Shown: positions 1 to 11,634 of the stretch, piece by piece | How the letters are laid out: each line of letters opens with the position of its first letter | Numbering within the stretch: the stretch's first letter is position 1 | Assembly (NCBI GenBank): GCA_038045945.1 | Contig: JBBSXC010000003.1 | Location: 1-64,000, forward strand | Direction of reading: 5' to 3' | DNA length: 64,000 nt | Origin: Nanobdellota archaeon | Lineage (GTDB): Archaea > Nanobdellota > Nanobdellia > Pacearchaeales > GW2011-AR1 | Program-made: the position numbers and the translations under genes | The notes under the pieces: generated by a model | What the model was told of the DNA's origin: nothing | What the model saw: the letters and a program-made list of their open reading frames with translations, nothing else | Database searches by the model: none

Positions 1-1
1 G

Positions 2-679
2 GGGGGAAGTGGAGGAGCAGAAGGAGAGGATGAAGGCGGACCAACAACTGGAGGACCAGACGCAGGACCAGGACCAACAACTGGAGGAGCAGGGCCAGCA
101 GAAGGAACACCAGGAGGAACATGCAAATTTGATGACAAAGACGCACTAGAACAAAGAAGAAGACAATCAACAGAAGGCGGAGTAGACGGAACAGGAGATG
201 GAGGAAAACTATTAGCAGAATACTGCGCAGTATGGGGATATTGTGACGACAGAAGTGCATGCATACCAGAAACATGCAAATGCCCAGAAAAAATAGTAGA
301 TAACACAATAATAGAAAACGAAGAAGACTCAGGAATAATAAACATATTCGAACCAAGAGATGAAATATTTGATAATCCAGTAGTACAAAACGAAGAAATT
401 AGTGAAGGGGGAGGAGTAGTAATAATAGAAGAACCAATACTTGGAGGATTATTCGAACCAAGAGTGAACAATGAAGAAACAATAATAGTAAACGAAGAAC
501 CAATAATCGTAGTGGATGAGGGATTAGGAGTGGGGTTAGGAGCACTACCCCAAGGAACAACAATAGAACAAGAAAACAGTTTGGAAGTAGTCGAACAACA
601 ACCAAACACTGACGTGTTAGGAATAATACTAGACGAAATGGACAACTTTTTCACAAAACTATTCAAACCAAGATTTTAA
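2..679 (+). CDS. 5'-truncated Gly/Pro/Thr-rich, Cys-containing acidic protein, probably surface-exposed
   Basis: Frame 2 is open from the window start and runs into the tracked 464..679 ORF; GPTTGG repeats, a Cys cluster (YCAVWGYCDDRSACIPETCKCP) and repeated F[EK]PR motifs. Confidence 0.75.
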   Translation, partial: GGSGGAEGEDEGGPTTGGPDAGPGPTTGGAGPAEGTPGGTCKFDDKDALEQRRRQSTEGGVDGTGDGGKLLAEYCAVWGYCDDRSACIPETCKCPEKIVDNTIIENEEDSGIINIFEPRDEIFDNPVVQNEEISEGGGVVIIEEPILGGLFEPRVNNEETIIVNEEPIIVVDEGLGVGLGALPQGTTIEQENSLEVVEQQPNTDVLGIILDEMDNFFTKLFKPRF

Positions 680-738
680 TAAAGAATATTTAAATAGTAA
701 TAAAGATTAACAAAAAAAAGAAAAAAAGGTTAAGTTTA

Positions 739-1020
739 ATGGCAAAAGAAGTAATAAAACAAAACTACGAAGAATTAAGAAGAATAACAATAGGGTTAGC
801 ACTAGTACTATTATTAGTACTAATAATGTCAGTAGTAGCATTCTACAAAGGATGGTTAGGAGCACCAGGAAAAATCTACTTAAGCCCAGAAGAAAACCAA
901 TACTACATAAGATGCTTAAGCAACCCAGAAATATGCGAAAATTACGCTATGACATGTGAAGAAGTAAAAATAGTAACATCAAAAGCAGAAATAACAGACC
1001 ATGTATGCGTAAAGAAATAA
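739..1020 (+). CDS. small membrane-anchored protein with 4 Cys
   Basis: N-terminal TM helix; A-ending codon usage like its neighbours. Confidence 0.7.
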   Translation: MAKEVIKQNYEELRRITIGLALVLLLVLIMSVVAFYKGWLGAPGKIYLSPEENQYYIRCLSNPEICENYAMTCEEVKIVTSKAEITDHVCVKK

Positions 1021-1074
1021 TTCTAAGACTGAATAACTAAAGACTTAAATATCAATTTTTTCCTCTAATTATTA

Positions 1075-2307
1075 ATGGTAAAAACAAAAACATCAGAAGT
1101 AACAAAAGAAGAAAACCGCACAGAAAAAGAAGAATTAGAAGTACTAAACGTAGGAATAGTAGGGCACATAGATCACGGAAAAACAACGCTATTATCAAGA
1201 CTAACAGGAAAATGGACAGACACACACTCAGAAGAACTAAAGAGAGGAATAACAATAAAACTAGGATACGCAGACGCAACAATACACGAAAACAACGGAT
1301 TGTACAACATAAAGAACGGAAAACCATTAAGGTACGTAACATTCGTTGATGCACCAGGACACGAAATGCTAATGGCAACAATGCTTAGTGGAGCAGCAAT
1401 AATGGATGCGGCAATATTGCTAGTAGCAGTAAACGAAGGAATAAAACCACAAACAAGAGAACACCTAATGGCACTAGCAGCAAGAGGAATAAAAAACATA
1501 ATAATAGTACAAAACAAAATAGACTTAGTAAACAAAGAAAAAATACTGGCAAACTACAAAGAAATAAAAGAGTTCATAAAAGGAACAGTAGCAGAATCAG
1601 CAACAATAATACCCGTAAGCGCACAACAAGACATAAACATAGACAAAGTGCTAAAGGCACTAACAGAAATAAAAATACCGCTACGTGACAAAGAATCACC
1701 ACCAATATTTGTAATAGCAAGAAGCTTCGACATTAACAGACCGGGAACGAAAGTAGCAGAACTTAAAGGAGGAGTATTAGGAGGAGCACTAAAAAAAGGA
1801 ACACTAAAAGTAGGTGACGAAATAGAAATAAAGCCGGGACTGTACACAAAAAAAGCAGGACAAGAATTCTACGAAACAATAAAAACAAAAATCGTAACAT
1901 TGCAAAGAGGAAACAAAACAATAAACCAAGCAGGACCAGGAGGAAGCCTAGCAATAGAGACAAGCCTAGACCCATCAATAACAAAAGCAGACAGCGTAAG
2001 CGGAAACGTAAGCGGAAAAGTTGACAGTCTACCAACAATAAAGTCATCAATAAAAATGAATTACGAGTTATTCAAAGAAATATACAGCGATAAAGAAAAA
2101 GTATTAGTAAATCCAATAAAAACACCAGAATTATTAATGTTAAGCATAAACACAAGCATAACAGTAGGAAACGTAATAAAAATAACACCTAAAGAAGTAG
2201 AAATGAACCTGAAAATACCAATATGCGACTTCAAAGGTGAAAACGTAGGAATAGCAAGAAACATAGGCGGACACTGGAGACTAATAGGATTCGGTGAGAC
2301 TATATAG
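1075..2307 (+). CDS. eif2g: translation initiation factor aIF2 subunit gamma
   Basis: GHIDHGKT, DTHSEELKRGITIKLGY, DAPGHE, NKID and C-terminal WRLIGFG motifs. Confidence 0.97.
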   Translation: MVKTKTSEVTKEENRTEKEELEVLNVGIVGHIDHGKTTLLSRLTGKWTDTHSEELKRGITIKLGYADATIHENNGLYNIKNGKPLRYVTFVDAPGHEMLMATMLSGAAIMDAAILLVAVNEGIKPQTREHLMALAARGIKNIIIVQNKIDLVNKEKILANYKEIKEFIKGTVAESATIIPVSAQQDINIDKVLKALTEIKIPLRDKESPPIFVIARSFDINRPGTKVAELKGGVLGGALKKGTLKVGDEIEIKPGLYTKKAGQEFYETIKTKIVTLQRGNKTINQAGPGGSLAIETSLDPSITKADSVSGNVSGKVDSLPTIKSSIKMNYELFKEIYSDKEKVLVNPIKTPELLMLSINTSITVGNVIKITPKEVEMNLKIPICDFKGENVGIARNIGGHWRLIGFGETI

Positions 2308-2310
2308 GCC

Positions 2311-2349
2311 TCTCCGAACTCGTAAACTAAAGTTTGCTCTGTTCGGAGA
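2311..2349 (+). terminator. stem-loop directly after eif2g
   Basis: TCTCCGAAC...GTTCGGAGA 9-bp inverted repeat with an inner GTAAACT/AGTTTGC stem. Confidence 0.45.
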
Positions 2350-2391
2350 AACAATATAATTTAAATACTTAATAGTTCTAAAAATATAGTT

Positions 2392-2757
2392 ATGAAAAAA
2401 GGTGTTATCTTAGCAATAATTGTTGGAATTGTAGCATTAGTTCTTTTATTATACTTTAACGTTTTTAACGGTTACGTTATTTCTTGGAGCGAAAAGGTTA
2501 GCGGTGATAAAATGTTAAGAACATGCTCTGACAGTGACTTAGGAAAAGACTACAAAACTGGCGGAATAGTAACATGGACTTTCAGAGGGAGACCATACAA
2601 GTACGAAGACAAATGTACTATAGGAATGGCTGGCTTTCTAACAGAATACTCATGCGATAATAACAAACAAGTAACAATAACATCATACAACTGCGCAAAA
2701 ACAGAAGGAACAAAAGGAGTATGCAAGAACGATAAGAACGGAGCATACTGCGAATAA
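2392..2757 (+). CDS. membrane-anchored Cys-rich surface protein
   Basis: N-terminal TM/signal; CSDSDLGKDY...EDKC...LTEYSC module also present at the C-terminus of the next gene. Confidence 0.8.
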   Translation: MKKGVILAIIVGIVALVLLLYFNVFNGYVISWSEKVSGDKMLRTCSDSDLGKDYKTGGIVTWTFRGRPYKYEDKCTIGMAGFLTEYSCDNNKQVTITSYNCAKTEGTKGVCKNDKNGAYCE

Positions 2758-2768
2758 GAAAATTAGCA

Positions 2769-5700
2769 ATGGTAAAAAGAAGTGTTAAAAAAGTTAAAGA
2801 AGAACACTTCTCAAAACTAGAAACATGCTTAATAATAATTTTGGTACTAATGCTTCTAACAATAATTTATTTTAAGATATATAATGATCCTTTACTTTTA
2901 AGTCCTAAAGGTGATTCTAAATCTGCCTTAACTAAATCTAAGATTATTGAACCTCAAGGGCCTATTAATAAATATTCTAATTCTGTAGAGCATGGAAAAC
3001 AACAAGAAAATTATAAAACCCCATTAGCAGTTATGCCTCAAGGTTCTCAAGGTGATTCTGGTACTCGAACGGATACTACTACTTGCAATGTTCAATCAAT
3101 GTCTAATTTGGATGAAAATAATTTTGTGAACTATTTGAAAAGTCATGATTATAATTGTTTATATTTTCTTTGGTTTTTAAACTCAGATAGTGACTTTCAG
3201 AAGATTTACTCATCAAATAATATTGTAGCTGTAGCTAAAGAAATAGGTAGTTTATCAAATTCTTATGACGGGACAAACAAAGGTAATATGTTAGAATTAA
3301 TTTTCTTTATAAGAACAGCATATTATTACAGGTTTTATCAGAAACCTGTGGGTATAACCGAGGATGTGCATAATGAGGTCATAGTCGGCTTGAAGGCAAT
3401 TAGTAAAAACCCTCATCTTTTCGATGTCAACGATTATTCAGAAAATACATTATGGGAGTTTATAATGACTGTAGATAATGCCTGGTTAGGGCATTTGTAT
3501 GTACCTCAAATAAAAAAAGCTTTGTTAGATTTTACTACGGACTCTTCAAGAGCAGAGCGATTTTATCAAAGGAATATAATCTATAGTATCTTTTATCTAA
3601 TCTCTAGGGAAATGAATGCACAAGCAGTTACAAATTCAGATTTAGTTAAAAATTTTGACAAGGACATTATCGGTTTGATTAACGATATTGCGACCAAAGA
3701 CTATCTTATTAAAAATCAAGCATGGTTAGCGGATAATGCTATCTGGGCCCTTGGAAACATTGCAAGTAACAAAGAATTTAACAAAGTTAGCATAGATTAC
3801 CTCTCAAAACTCCTCACTATCTATCCTAGGCTGGATGAACAATATCTTTGGACAGTAAAAGTATTAGATTATTTTAATGGTTGTAAGACCTCTAATCCTA
3901 AAATAAAGCTTTGCATGAAAGATGTAATGCCTGAAGTAGAATTAAAAATCTTTACCAATACTTATTCTCTTGAAGACAACTCATTAATAATTAAGACGCC
4001 TTTAGACTCAAAAACAATTCAAACTTTATATAATGCAATAAACCAGGTAAAATCCCAATTTAACAGAATAACAAACACAATAACACCAATAAAAGATGAT
4101 CCTAACAGTGTTTTAATGATGAAAGTTTACGGAACAAGAAGAGACTATGAGATCTATCAACCGTTATTATACGGTTTGCCAACAGCTAATGGCGGAATTT
4201 ATATAGAACAACAAGGAACATTTTATACTTATCAAAGAACAACCCAGGAAAGTATTTATTCTTTAGAAGAGCTATTGAGACATGAATATGCTCATTATTT
4301 AGTTAGTAGGTGGTTAATACCTGGGATGTGGGGAGAGAATGCGATATATAACAACAACAGGATGGTGTGGTTTGATGAAGGATTAGCAGAATTTTTAGCC
4401 TGGAGCACACAACTAGAGATAAAAACAAGAAAATTATTAGTCGAACAAATATACGGTGAAAGCGGAGTGGACAAACAAACTGGGGCAATTATATCATATT
4501 CTGATAGAATGACTATTAAAGATATATTATCTTCAAGCTATGGAGACTTTAAGTTTTATAGATACTCTGGAATGTTTTGGAATTATTTATACCTAAACAA
4601 ACCAGAAATATTAAAACAACTTTTAGATTATGCTCATAATTCTAATCTAAACAGCTTTGATTCCTTAATAAACCAACTTAAAGCTGATAGTAATTTAGAG
4701 TCCAATTACCAAAAATTCTTAGATGAACAAATAGCAAAATTAGAAACTTTAGATAATCCTCATACTGACAACTTAGAAGTTTCCACATTGAATGCCAATG
4801 ATCCTAAAACTATTGAACCATTATTCAGAAAAACTCGGGTTGGTCAATACGCGAAATGTTCTCTAGCATCACAGGGAGAAAACAGTAGATTTTCATGCAG
4901 AGGTGTTCTAACTACCACTCAGATGGCCCAGAAAGATTACTCTGTAGCCTGGAAAGAATTTAATAGCAATGCTAATGAGATGATAACAGACTTAATATCT
5001 AAAAAAGAATTAAACAATTTTAATTTTATGAATTGTAGGTTTGGACAAATAGTATTTAATGAATACGAAGGAAAATTTTATGCATTATCTAACTACTTTT
5101 GTGATGGTCCTCTTGCTAAAAACAATCTTAAACTAAATGATCAACAATCTCAAGTCTCTTTAGACTTTAAAGATACTCGTGTTGGAGCTTACTCTAACTG
5201 TGATTATGGCTCTACCGATACTAGCATAATCTGCACATTAACATTAACAACGCAACCATATGATATTGGATATGATGAGTCATTAATGGAAAAAAGAGTA
5301 AGTGATGATCTGATAGAACTACAGAATGAGGTTTATTCAATAAGACCAAGCTATTACAGAGATTTTTTCTGCGCCTTTAGTGGAAATAGTAAAATTCAAA
5401 CATTTAAACTGGATGGAAATGATAAAAAATATTTATTACGAAACGCAAATTGTAACGTCCAATTCAAAGGGTGGAGTGATCATCCATTAGGGGCAGTAAG
5501 AGCAGACAGCAGGACGCCTTCTGATCCAGTAGTTTCTGAAGTAAAATGTATACCCCCTACTGGAACAAACACTTGCGTAGACACGGATGATGGTGTAAAC
5601 TATATTATTCCTGGAACGGTCTGTGGTTACTCAAACAAAAAAGTCTATACTGCTAATGATTATTGTATCACTGGAGGAACAAGTGGGCAAAACTTAGTAG

Positions 5701-5816
5701 AATATTCCTGTTCTAATGGAAAACCTACTTACAAAATTTATGATTGTGCAACAGGAAACACAAAATACAGAAGATGTGGAGTAATCCAAGACAGAATTGG
5801 AGCAGTTTGCATATAA
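2769..5816 (+). CDS. M9-family (microbial collagenase-like) zinc metallopeptidase, membrane-anchored, with C-terminal Cys-rich module
   Basis: NGGIYIE, GTFYTYQRT, LEELLRHEYAHYL (HExxH), WFDEGLAEF; N-terminal TM. Confidence 0.9.
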   Translation: MVKRSVKKVKEEHFSKLETCLIIILVLMLLTIIYFKIYNDPLLLSPKGDSKSALTKSKIIEPQGPINKYSNSVEHGKQQENYKTPLAVMPQGSQGDSGTRTDTTTCNVQSMSNLDENNFVNYLKSHDYNCLYFLWFLNSDSDFQKIYSSNNIVAVAKEIGSLSNSYDGTNKGNMLELIFFIRTAYYYRFYQKPVGITEDVHNEVIVGLKAISKNPHLFDVNDYSENTLWEFIMTVDNAWLGHLYVPQIKKALLDFTTDSSRAERFYQRNIIYSIFYLISREMNAQAVTNSDLVKNFDKDIIGLINDIATKDYLIKNQAWLADNAIWALGNIASNKEFNKVSIDYLSKLLTIYPRLDEQYLWTVKVLDYFNGCKTSNPKIKLCMKDVMPEVELKIFTNTYSLEDNSLIIKTPLDSKTIQTLYNAINQVKSQFNRITNTITPIKDDPNSVLMMKVYGTRRDYEIYQPLLYGLPTANGGIYIEQQGTFYTYQRTTQESIYSLEELLRHEYAHYLVSRWLIPGMWGENAIYNNNRMVWFDEGLAEFLAWSTQLEIKTRKLLVEQIYGESGVDKQTGAIISYSDRMTIKDILSSSYGDFKFYRYSGMFWNYLYLNKPEILKQLLDYAHNSNLNSFDSLINQLKADSNLESNYQKFLDEQIAKLETLDNPHTDNLEVSTLNANDPKTIEPLFRKTRVGQYAKCSLASQGENSRFSCRGVLTTTQMAQKDYSVAWKEFNSNANEMITDLISKKELNNFNFMNCRFGQIVFNEYEGKFYALSNYFCDGPLAKNNLKLNDQQSQVSLDFKDTRVGAYSNCDYGSTDTSIICTLTLTTQPYDIGYDESLMEKRVSDDLIELQNEVYSIRPSYYRDFFCAFSGNSKIQTFKLDGNDKKYLLRNANCNVQFKGWSDHPLGAVRADSRTPSDPVVSEVKCIPPTGTNTCVDTDDGVNYIIPGTVCGYSNKKVYTANDYCITGGTSGQNLVEYSCSNGKPTYKIYDCATGNTKYRRCGVIQDRIGAVCI

Positions 5817-5823
5817 ACTATCT

Positions 5824-8361
5824 TTATTCTTTCTTTTCTGTTTCTTCTTCTATCTCATCTATTACCTTTATCAAATCACTTACTTTGTCTGCGTCTTGTA
5901 ACTTAACAATTCTAACACCTTGAGTAGCACGACTCATAATTCTAAGTTCGTGAACGTTAGACTTAATGACCATACCCTTCTCAGTAGTCACGATAAACTT
6001 ATCCTTTTCTGAAACACTAATGCTTGTAACAACGTTACCAGTTTTATCATGGGTTACTTTAAGATTAATAACTCCTTTACCTGCACGACCAGTAAGGCGA
6101 TAATCCTCAACTAAAGAACGCTTACCATAACCCCTCTCAGTAATAGTCATAATGGAAGTATCCTTATTATCTTGAGGAATTATTTCTAAACTCATAACCC
6201 TATCAGACTTGTCAAGCTTAATACCAGTAACACCATAAGCAGCACGACCCATAGAACGAACTTCAGAATTCTCAAACCTGATAGCCTGACCCTTCTTAGT
6301 AATAAGAAGAATTTGCTCCTTTTCCTTAATAGGTTTAACATCAATAAGTTCATCCTGAGTATCAGTAGGGAAGTTCATAACACGAACACCACTACTACGA
6401 GGCTTAGAAAACATTTTCAGAGGCATCTTCTTAATAATACCATTAGAAGTAACAAGGAGGATTTCACCATCAAACTCCTTAACTGCCATAACAGAAGCAA
6501 CCTTTTCTTCCTTAAGATTAAGAAGATTAATCAAAGCCTTACCCTTAGAGTAACGTTCGCTAGCAGGAATATCATGAGCCTTAAGCCAATAAACCCTACC
6601 CTTAGACGTGAAGAATAATAAGAAGTCATGAGTTGAACAAGTCATTAGTTGCTTAACAAAATCACCAGTTGACAAGTCAGAACCAATAATGCCCTTACCA
6701 CCACGCTTTTGTTCTTTGTAAGTTTGCATATCCATCCTCTTAGCATAACCCTTATCAGTAATAGTAACAACAACTTCCTTCTTCTGAATAAGGTCCTTTT
6801 CTTCTAATTCTTTAATAGCACCAACCATAACTCTAGTCTTTCTTTCATCACCATGACGCTTCTTAATATCTAATAATTCTTTCCTAATAACAGAAAGAAT
6901 TTCTTGCTTAGATGATAAAATCTTTTTAAGATCCTTAATCTTAATTTCTAACTCTTCACCTTCCTTCTTAAGTTTGTCTTGTTCTAAATGAGTTAAAGCA
7001 GCTAAACGTATTTCAAGAATTGCTTCAGCCTGCCTAATTGACAACTTATACTTATGAACTAATTTTTCTTTAGCGTCAGTTGAATTATCAGCCCTCTTAA
7101 TTAAAGTAATAACATCATCAATATCCTTAAGAGCTATAATTAAACCTTGAACTATTTCTAAACGATCCTCAGCCTTTTTCAAATCAAACTTAGTACGCCT
7201 TTCAACAACATCAGTTCTATGCCTAACATACTCTACTAAAGCACGTTTTAAGTCAAGAGTAACAGGCTTACCTTTAACAAGAGCTAAAAGATTAACATCA
7301 AAAGAATCCTGAAGTCTTGTAAACTTGTACAATTTATTAATAACGAATTTAGAATCAACACCACGCTTAAGATCAATAACAACACGTATCTTTCCCTTAG
7401 CTGACTCATCACGAATATCAGAAATTTCAGTAAGCTTTTTCTCTTGAGCAAGTAATGCTACTTGACTAACAAGATCAGCCTTATTAACCATATAAGGAAT
7501 CTCAGTAATAATTATTCTCTCCTTACCCTTCTTAGTTTCAGTACCTACTTTAGCTCTAAGAGTAACTCTACCACGACCAGTAGAATAAATCTCTTGCATA
7601 TTACCAGAAGCAGAACCACCAGTAGGGAAATCAGGTCCGGAAACAACCTCTAACAACTTCTCAATAGTCACATCAGGATTATCAATATACCTAATAGTAG
7701 CATCACAAATCTCAGTCAAGTTATGAGGAGGAATATTAGTAGCCATACCAACAGCAATACCTGAAGAACCATTAATCAAAAGGTTAGGAAGCTTACCAGG
7801 CAATAATTCAGGCTCATCTAAAGTACTATCAAAATTAGGAACCATCTTAACAGTATCCTTATCCAAATCCTCTAAAAGATCCATAGCAGGACTTGAAAGC
7901 TTAGCCTCAGTATATCTTGAAGCAGCTGGAGGATCATTATCAACACTACCAAAATTACCCTGACCTATAACTAAAGGATAACGCAAAGAAAAATCCTGCG
8001 CCATTCTAACTAAAGAATCATAAATTGCCATATCACCATGAGGGTGAAGCTTACCCATAACATCTCCAACAATTCTAGCAGACTTCTTAGTCTGAGAATT
8101 AGGTTTAAGCCCTAACAAATCCATAGCGTAAAGAATACGGCGGTGAACAGGCTTAAGGCCGTCTTCAACAGCTGGTAAAGCACGAGAAACAATAACACTC
8201 ATAGCGTAATTAATATACGCTTTTTGCATTTCCTCAGTTATTTCAGAATTAATAACTCCCTTCTCGTTCACAGCTGCAGCTGCGTGTTCCTTCTTAGATT
8301 CTTCAGACTCCTCATCCTCATCAAAATCTTCTTCCTCATCAACTTTATCTTCTTTTGCCAT
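5824..8361 (-). CDS. gyrA: DNA gyrase subunit A
   Basis: [25 protein letters not shown] catalytic Tyr, GyrA-box QKRGGKG, C-terminal pinwheel repeats. Confidence 0.98.
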   Translation of the reverse strand: MAKEDKVDEEEDFDEDEESEESKKEHAAAAVNEKGVINSEITEEMQKAYINYAMSVIVSRALPAVEDGLKPVHRRILYAMDLLGLKPNSQTKKSARIVGDVMGKLHPHGDMAIYDSLVRMAQDFSLRYPLVIGQGNFGSVDNDPPAASRYTEAKLSSPAMDLLEDLDKDTVKMVPNFDSTLDEPELLPGKLPNLLINGSSGIAVGMATNIPPHNLTEICDATIRYIDNPDVTIEKLLEVVSGPDFPTGGSASGNMQEIYSTGRGRVTLRAKVGTETKKGKERIIITEIPYMVNKADLVSQVALLAQEKKLTEISDIRDESAKGKIRVVIDLKRGVDSKFVINKLYKFTRLQDSFDVNLLALVKGKPVTLDLKRALVEYVRHRTDVVERRTKFDLKKAEDRLEIVQGLIIALKDIDDVITLIKRADNSTDAKEKLVHKYKLSIRQAEAILEIRLAALTHLEQDKLKKEGEELEIKIKDLKKILSSKQEILSVIRKELLDIKKRHGDERKTRVMVGAIKELEEKDLIQKKEVVVTITDKGYAKRMDMQTYKEQKRGGKGIIGSDLSTGDFVKQLMTCSTHDFLLFFTSKGRVYWLKAHDIPASERYSKGKALINLLNLKEEKVASVMAVKEFDGEILLVTSNGIIKKMPLKMFSKPRSSGVRVMNFPTDTQDELIDVKPIKEKEQILLITKKGQAIRFENSEVRSMGRAAYGVTGIKLDKSDRVMSLEIIPQDNKDTSIMTITERGYGKRSLVEDYRLTGRAGKGVINLKVTHDKTGNVVTSISVSEKDKFIVTTEKGMVIKSNVHELRIMSRATQGVRIVKLQDADKVSDLIKVIDEIEEETEKKE

Positions 8362-8363
8362 GG

Positions 8364-8747
8364 TTATTTGAAAGCCTCCTTAACTTTTTTGCTAAATAGT
8401 AAGTAAAGACTTATTGATAAAAATATTAATGTTATAATAATGTTCTTAAGGTTAAATCCGTAACTTTGAGTAATCCAAAAATAAGCTTTCCATGTTATCC
8501 AAGAAGATAGGAGAATTATTATCATTATTCTAGACCATTTTTGTAATTTTAACATGTAAACAGAAGATATTATCAGACCTAATCCAAATATCAATAAGAA
8601 GGAAAATTCATCTTCAAGAGCTAATGCGGCTACCCAGGTAAAAATGGATATTATTATTCCTAAACCTATTAAAACATTAGCTATTATTTTTAGTCCTCTA
8701 GGGGCTTTCTTCTCTAAATTAACTTTATTCTTTATTTTCTTTACCAT
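8364..8747 (-). CDS. 4-TM membrane protein between gyrB and gyrA
   Basis: Four hydrophobic segments; tight spacing to both gyrase genes. Confidence 0.75.
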   Translation of the reverse strand: MVKKIKNKVNLEKKAPRGLKIIANVLIGLGIIISIFTWVAALALEDEFSFLLIFGLGLIISSVYMLKLQKWSRIMIIILLSSWITWKAYFWITQSYGFNLKNIIITLIFLSISLYLLFSKKVKEAFK

Positions 8748-8752
8748 TGTTT

Positions 8753-10645
8753 TTATGTATCTATGAAAGCCTCGTGTGCTCTTTCAATTATGAATTGTTT
8801 TCTAGGCTCAACATCATCACCCATTAAAGTGGAGAAAACTCTATCAGCCTGAACGGCGTCCTCAACAGATATTCTTTTAAGTATTCTAGTAGCAGGGTTC
8901 ATAGTAGTATCCCAAAGTTGTTCAGAATTCATTTCTCCTAGTCCCTTGAAACGATTAACAATAGCGTTAGCACCAACCTTTTCTAAAACCTTCTTTAACT
9001 CATCATCAGAATAAACATAAATATCCTCTTTTTTACGAACCTTGTATAGTGGTGAAACAGCAACGTAAACATTACCATTCTCAATAAGGTGGGGCATAAA
9101 ACGGAAAAAGAAAGTAAGGAGCAAAGTTCTGATGTGTTCACCATCAACATCAGCATCAGTCATAATAATAACTTTATTATAACGAAGATTCTCAGCCTTA
9201 AACTCTTCACCAACAGACGTGCCAATAGCAGTAACAAGATTAGCAATCTCTTCAGATGATAAAGCCTTAACGGGACTTGCTTTCTCAACATTAAGAATTT
9301 TACCTTTAAGTGGCAAGATAGCTTGATATTCCTTATTCCTAGCTTCTTTAGCTGTACCGGCAGCAGAAGCACCCTCAACTAAGTAAAGTTCAGTCTTATC
9401 ATGCTTCTTAGAAGAACAATCAGCAAGCTTACCTGGAAGGCCACCAGAACCAAAAGCAGACTTCCTACGAACCATATCTCTAGCCTTAGCAGCAGCAAGC
9501 CTAGCCTTAGCAGAATCATAAGCCTTCTGAGCAATCTTCTTAGCAATTTGAGGATTCTCCTCAAAAAATTCAGCAAGAGCAGAAGTAGATATAGAATCAA
9601 CAATACCCTTAACTTCAGAATTACCAAGCTTAGTCTTAGTCTGACCTTCAAATTGAGGTTCAGGAAGCTTAATAGAAATAACAGCAGTTAAACCCTCACG
9701 AACATCATCACCACTAAGACTCTCCTTCTCCTTAAGAATATTCTGCTTGTGAGAATAATCATTAATAACCCTAGTAATAGCAGTCTTAAAACCAGTAACG
9801 TGAGTACCACCCTCAACAGTATTAATAGTATTAACAAAACCAAAAATGTTTTCCTGATAAGTATTATTATACTGAACAGAAACCTCAACAATCACACTAT
9901 CAGACTGCTTCTTAAAATAAATAGGTTTATGCAAAACTTCCTTAGAACGATTAAGCCACTTAACAAACTCCATAAGACCACCCTCATAAAAAAATTCTTC
10001 TTTCTTATCCTTACGCTCATCAGACAAAATAATCTTTAGACCAGCATTAAGAAAAGCGATCTCCCTAAACCTAGTAGCTAAAACATTATAATCAAACTCA
10101 ACAGTGGAAAAAATCTTATCATCAGGAAAAAAAGTAATGTTAGAACCAGTATCCTTCTTATCAACACTACCAACAACCTTAACACTATACAAAGGCTTAC
10201 CAATCTCATACTCCTGCTTATGAACCTTGCCCTCGCGCTTAACCTCAACAGCCATATGTTTAGACAAAGCAGCAACAACAGAAATACCAACACCATGAAG
10301 GCCGCCAGAAACAGCATAAGACTTCTTATCAAACTTTCCACCAGCATGAAGCTTAGTAACAACAATTTCTAAAGCAGACTTCTTATAAACAGGATGAATA
10401 TCAACAGGAATACCACGACCATTATCATCAACAGTAACAGAACCATCCTTATGAATACTAACAAGAATAGTATTACAAATACCAGCCATAGCCTCGTCAA
10501 CAGCATTATCAACAATTTCCCAAACTAAATGATGAAGACCTTCCTTACCAGTGGAGCCGATATACATAGCAGGCCTTTTCCTAACAGCCTCAAGTCCTTC
10601 AAGAACAGAAATACTGTCAGCACCGTACTCTTTTTTATCACTCAT
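8753..10645 (-). CDS. gyrB: DNA gyrase subunit B
   Basis: EAVRKRPAMYIG, EIVDNAVDE, GGLHGVG, VEGASA, PLKGKILN, MTDADVDG, RFKGLGEM. Confidence 0.98.
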   Translation of the reverse strand: MSDKKEYGADSISVLEGLEAVRKRPAMYIGSTGKEGLHHLVWEIVDNAVDEAMAGICNTILVSIHKDGSVTVDDNGRGIPVDIHPVYKKSALEIVVTKLHAGGKFDKKSYAVSGGLHGVGISVVAALSKHMAVEVKREGKVHKQEYEIGKPLYSVKVVGSVDKKDTGSNITFFPDDKIFSTVEFDYNVLATRFREIAFLNAGLKIILSDERKDKKEEFFYEGGLMEFVKWLNRSKEVLHKPIYFKKQSDSVIVEVSVQYNNTYQENIFGFVNTINTVEGGTHVTGFKTAITRVINDYSHKQNILKEKESLSGDDVREGLTAVISIKLPEPQFEGQTKTKLGNSEVKGIVDSISTSALAEFFEENPQIAKKIAQKAYDSAKARLAAAKARDMVRRKSAFGSGGLPGKLADCSSKKHDKTELYLVEGASAAGTAKEARNKEYQAILPLKGKILNVEKASPVKALSSEEIANLVTAIGTSVGEEFKAENLRYNKVIIMTDADVDGEHIRTLLLTFFFRFMPHLIENGNVYVAVSPLYKVRKKEDIYVYSDDELKKVLEKVGANAIVNRFKGLGEMNSEQLWDTTMNPATRILKRISVEDAVQADRVFSTLMGDDVEPRKQFIIERAHEAFIDT

Positions 10646-10760
10646 TATGAAAAAGAAAAAACGAATAGACTATATAAACCTTTCCAAGCAAAAAGGGTAT
10701 TTACCGACGGAAAAACACATATTAAAAAATAAATTAGGAAAAATTACTCATTAAGAAAAA

Positions 10761-10997
10761 TTACTTTTTTTTCACTGTTGGACCAGAATGATTATGCGGA
10801 TTTAGAGCTTGTTCTGCTAACATTCTCTTCTTCTCATGATAATTATCAGTCCACTTAACCCTATCACTTTCTCTACCCATCTTAAAATTCTTCCTACACT
10901 TTGAAGAACAATAATATCTTGTGTGACCAGTAACATCAAACTCAGTTAAACCAAAAGGAACTTCATACTCTTTACCACAAAAACTACACTTAACCAT
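10761..10997 (-). CDS. rpl24e: 50S ribosomal protein eL24
   Basis: KCSFCG...YCSSKC..N...VKWT zinc ribbon; conserved gene order. Confidence 0.95.
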   Translation of the reverse strand: MVKCSFCGKEYEVPFGLTEFDVTGHTRYYCSSKCRKNFKMGRESDRVKWTDNYHEKKRMLAEQALNPHNHSGPTVKKK

Positions 10998-11003
10998 TGT
11001 TAA

Positions 11004-11285
11004 TTAAGAAAACGCTCCCTTATTTATTGATGTTCTAATCCTTCTAGCCTCAATTTCTGTTTCTCTAAGCATCAAAATATCTTTAAGTCTAACAGGACCC
11101 TTAACATTCCTTCTCATAGAACGACCCTTATTACGACCTTGAAGAATTCTACACTTAATCTGAGTTATTTCACCTCTAACGCCTGTTCTACCAACAATTT
11201 GTTCAACTATTGCGGGAACCGCTTCCTCTGAAGAAAGAGTCATCTTTTCGGAACTCTTATTTTGCTTTTGTTCTATTTCTTTCAT
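11004..11285 (-). CDS. rps28e: 30S ribosomal protein eS28
   Basis: [17 protein letters not shown]...[17 protein letters not shown]. Confidence 0.96.
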   Translation of the reverse strand: MKEIEQKQNKSSEKMTLSSEEAVPAIVEQIVGRTGVRGEITQIKCRILQGRNKGRSMRRNVKGPVRLKDILMLRETEIEARRIRTSINKGAFS

Positions 11286-11319
11286 TTGTTAATATAATAA
11301 CTAATTATTTTTTTAGAAC

Positions 11320-11634
11320 TTACTTAGCCTTCTTTTTGTCAGCTTTACCGGAATCAACCTTAGCATCGCCTAAGTCAGTAACAGCCACTGAAGTGCAAGC
11401 AACATTAATACCAACTGCTGCTCCTAGCTTAATCTTACTGTCCGCTTCGTAGCACTCAATACCTTTCTCCTTACAAAGTGCTGGAATATGAGCAACTATT
11501 TCTTTTGGCTCAACATCCTTAGCGTAAACAACAAGTTTAGCAACTCCTCTCTCAATAGCTTTTGTAACTTCGTTTATGCCTTTCTCTACTTTTCCGGTTT
11601 TTCTTGCTTGTTCTATTGTTGAATAAAAATCCAT
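11320..11634 (-). CDS. rpl7ae: 50S ribosomal protein L7Ae (eL8)
   Basis: KGINEVTKAIERG.AKLV..A.DVEP.EIV.HIP.LC.EK; GGAGG SD upstream. Confidence 0.96.
   Translation of the reverse strand: MDFYSTIEQARKTGKVEKGINEVTKAIERGVAKLVVYAKDVEPKEIVAHIPALCKEKGIECYEADSKIKLGAAVGINVACTSVAVTDLGDAKVDSGKADKKKAK

Noticed and set aside
5824-10645. Gyrase, and likewise RecQ and DnaK/J/GrpE, as signs of bacterial contamination or novelty
   Set aside because: They are interleaved with archaeal informational genes, share the local codon bias, and are known in several archaeal lineages
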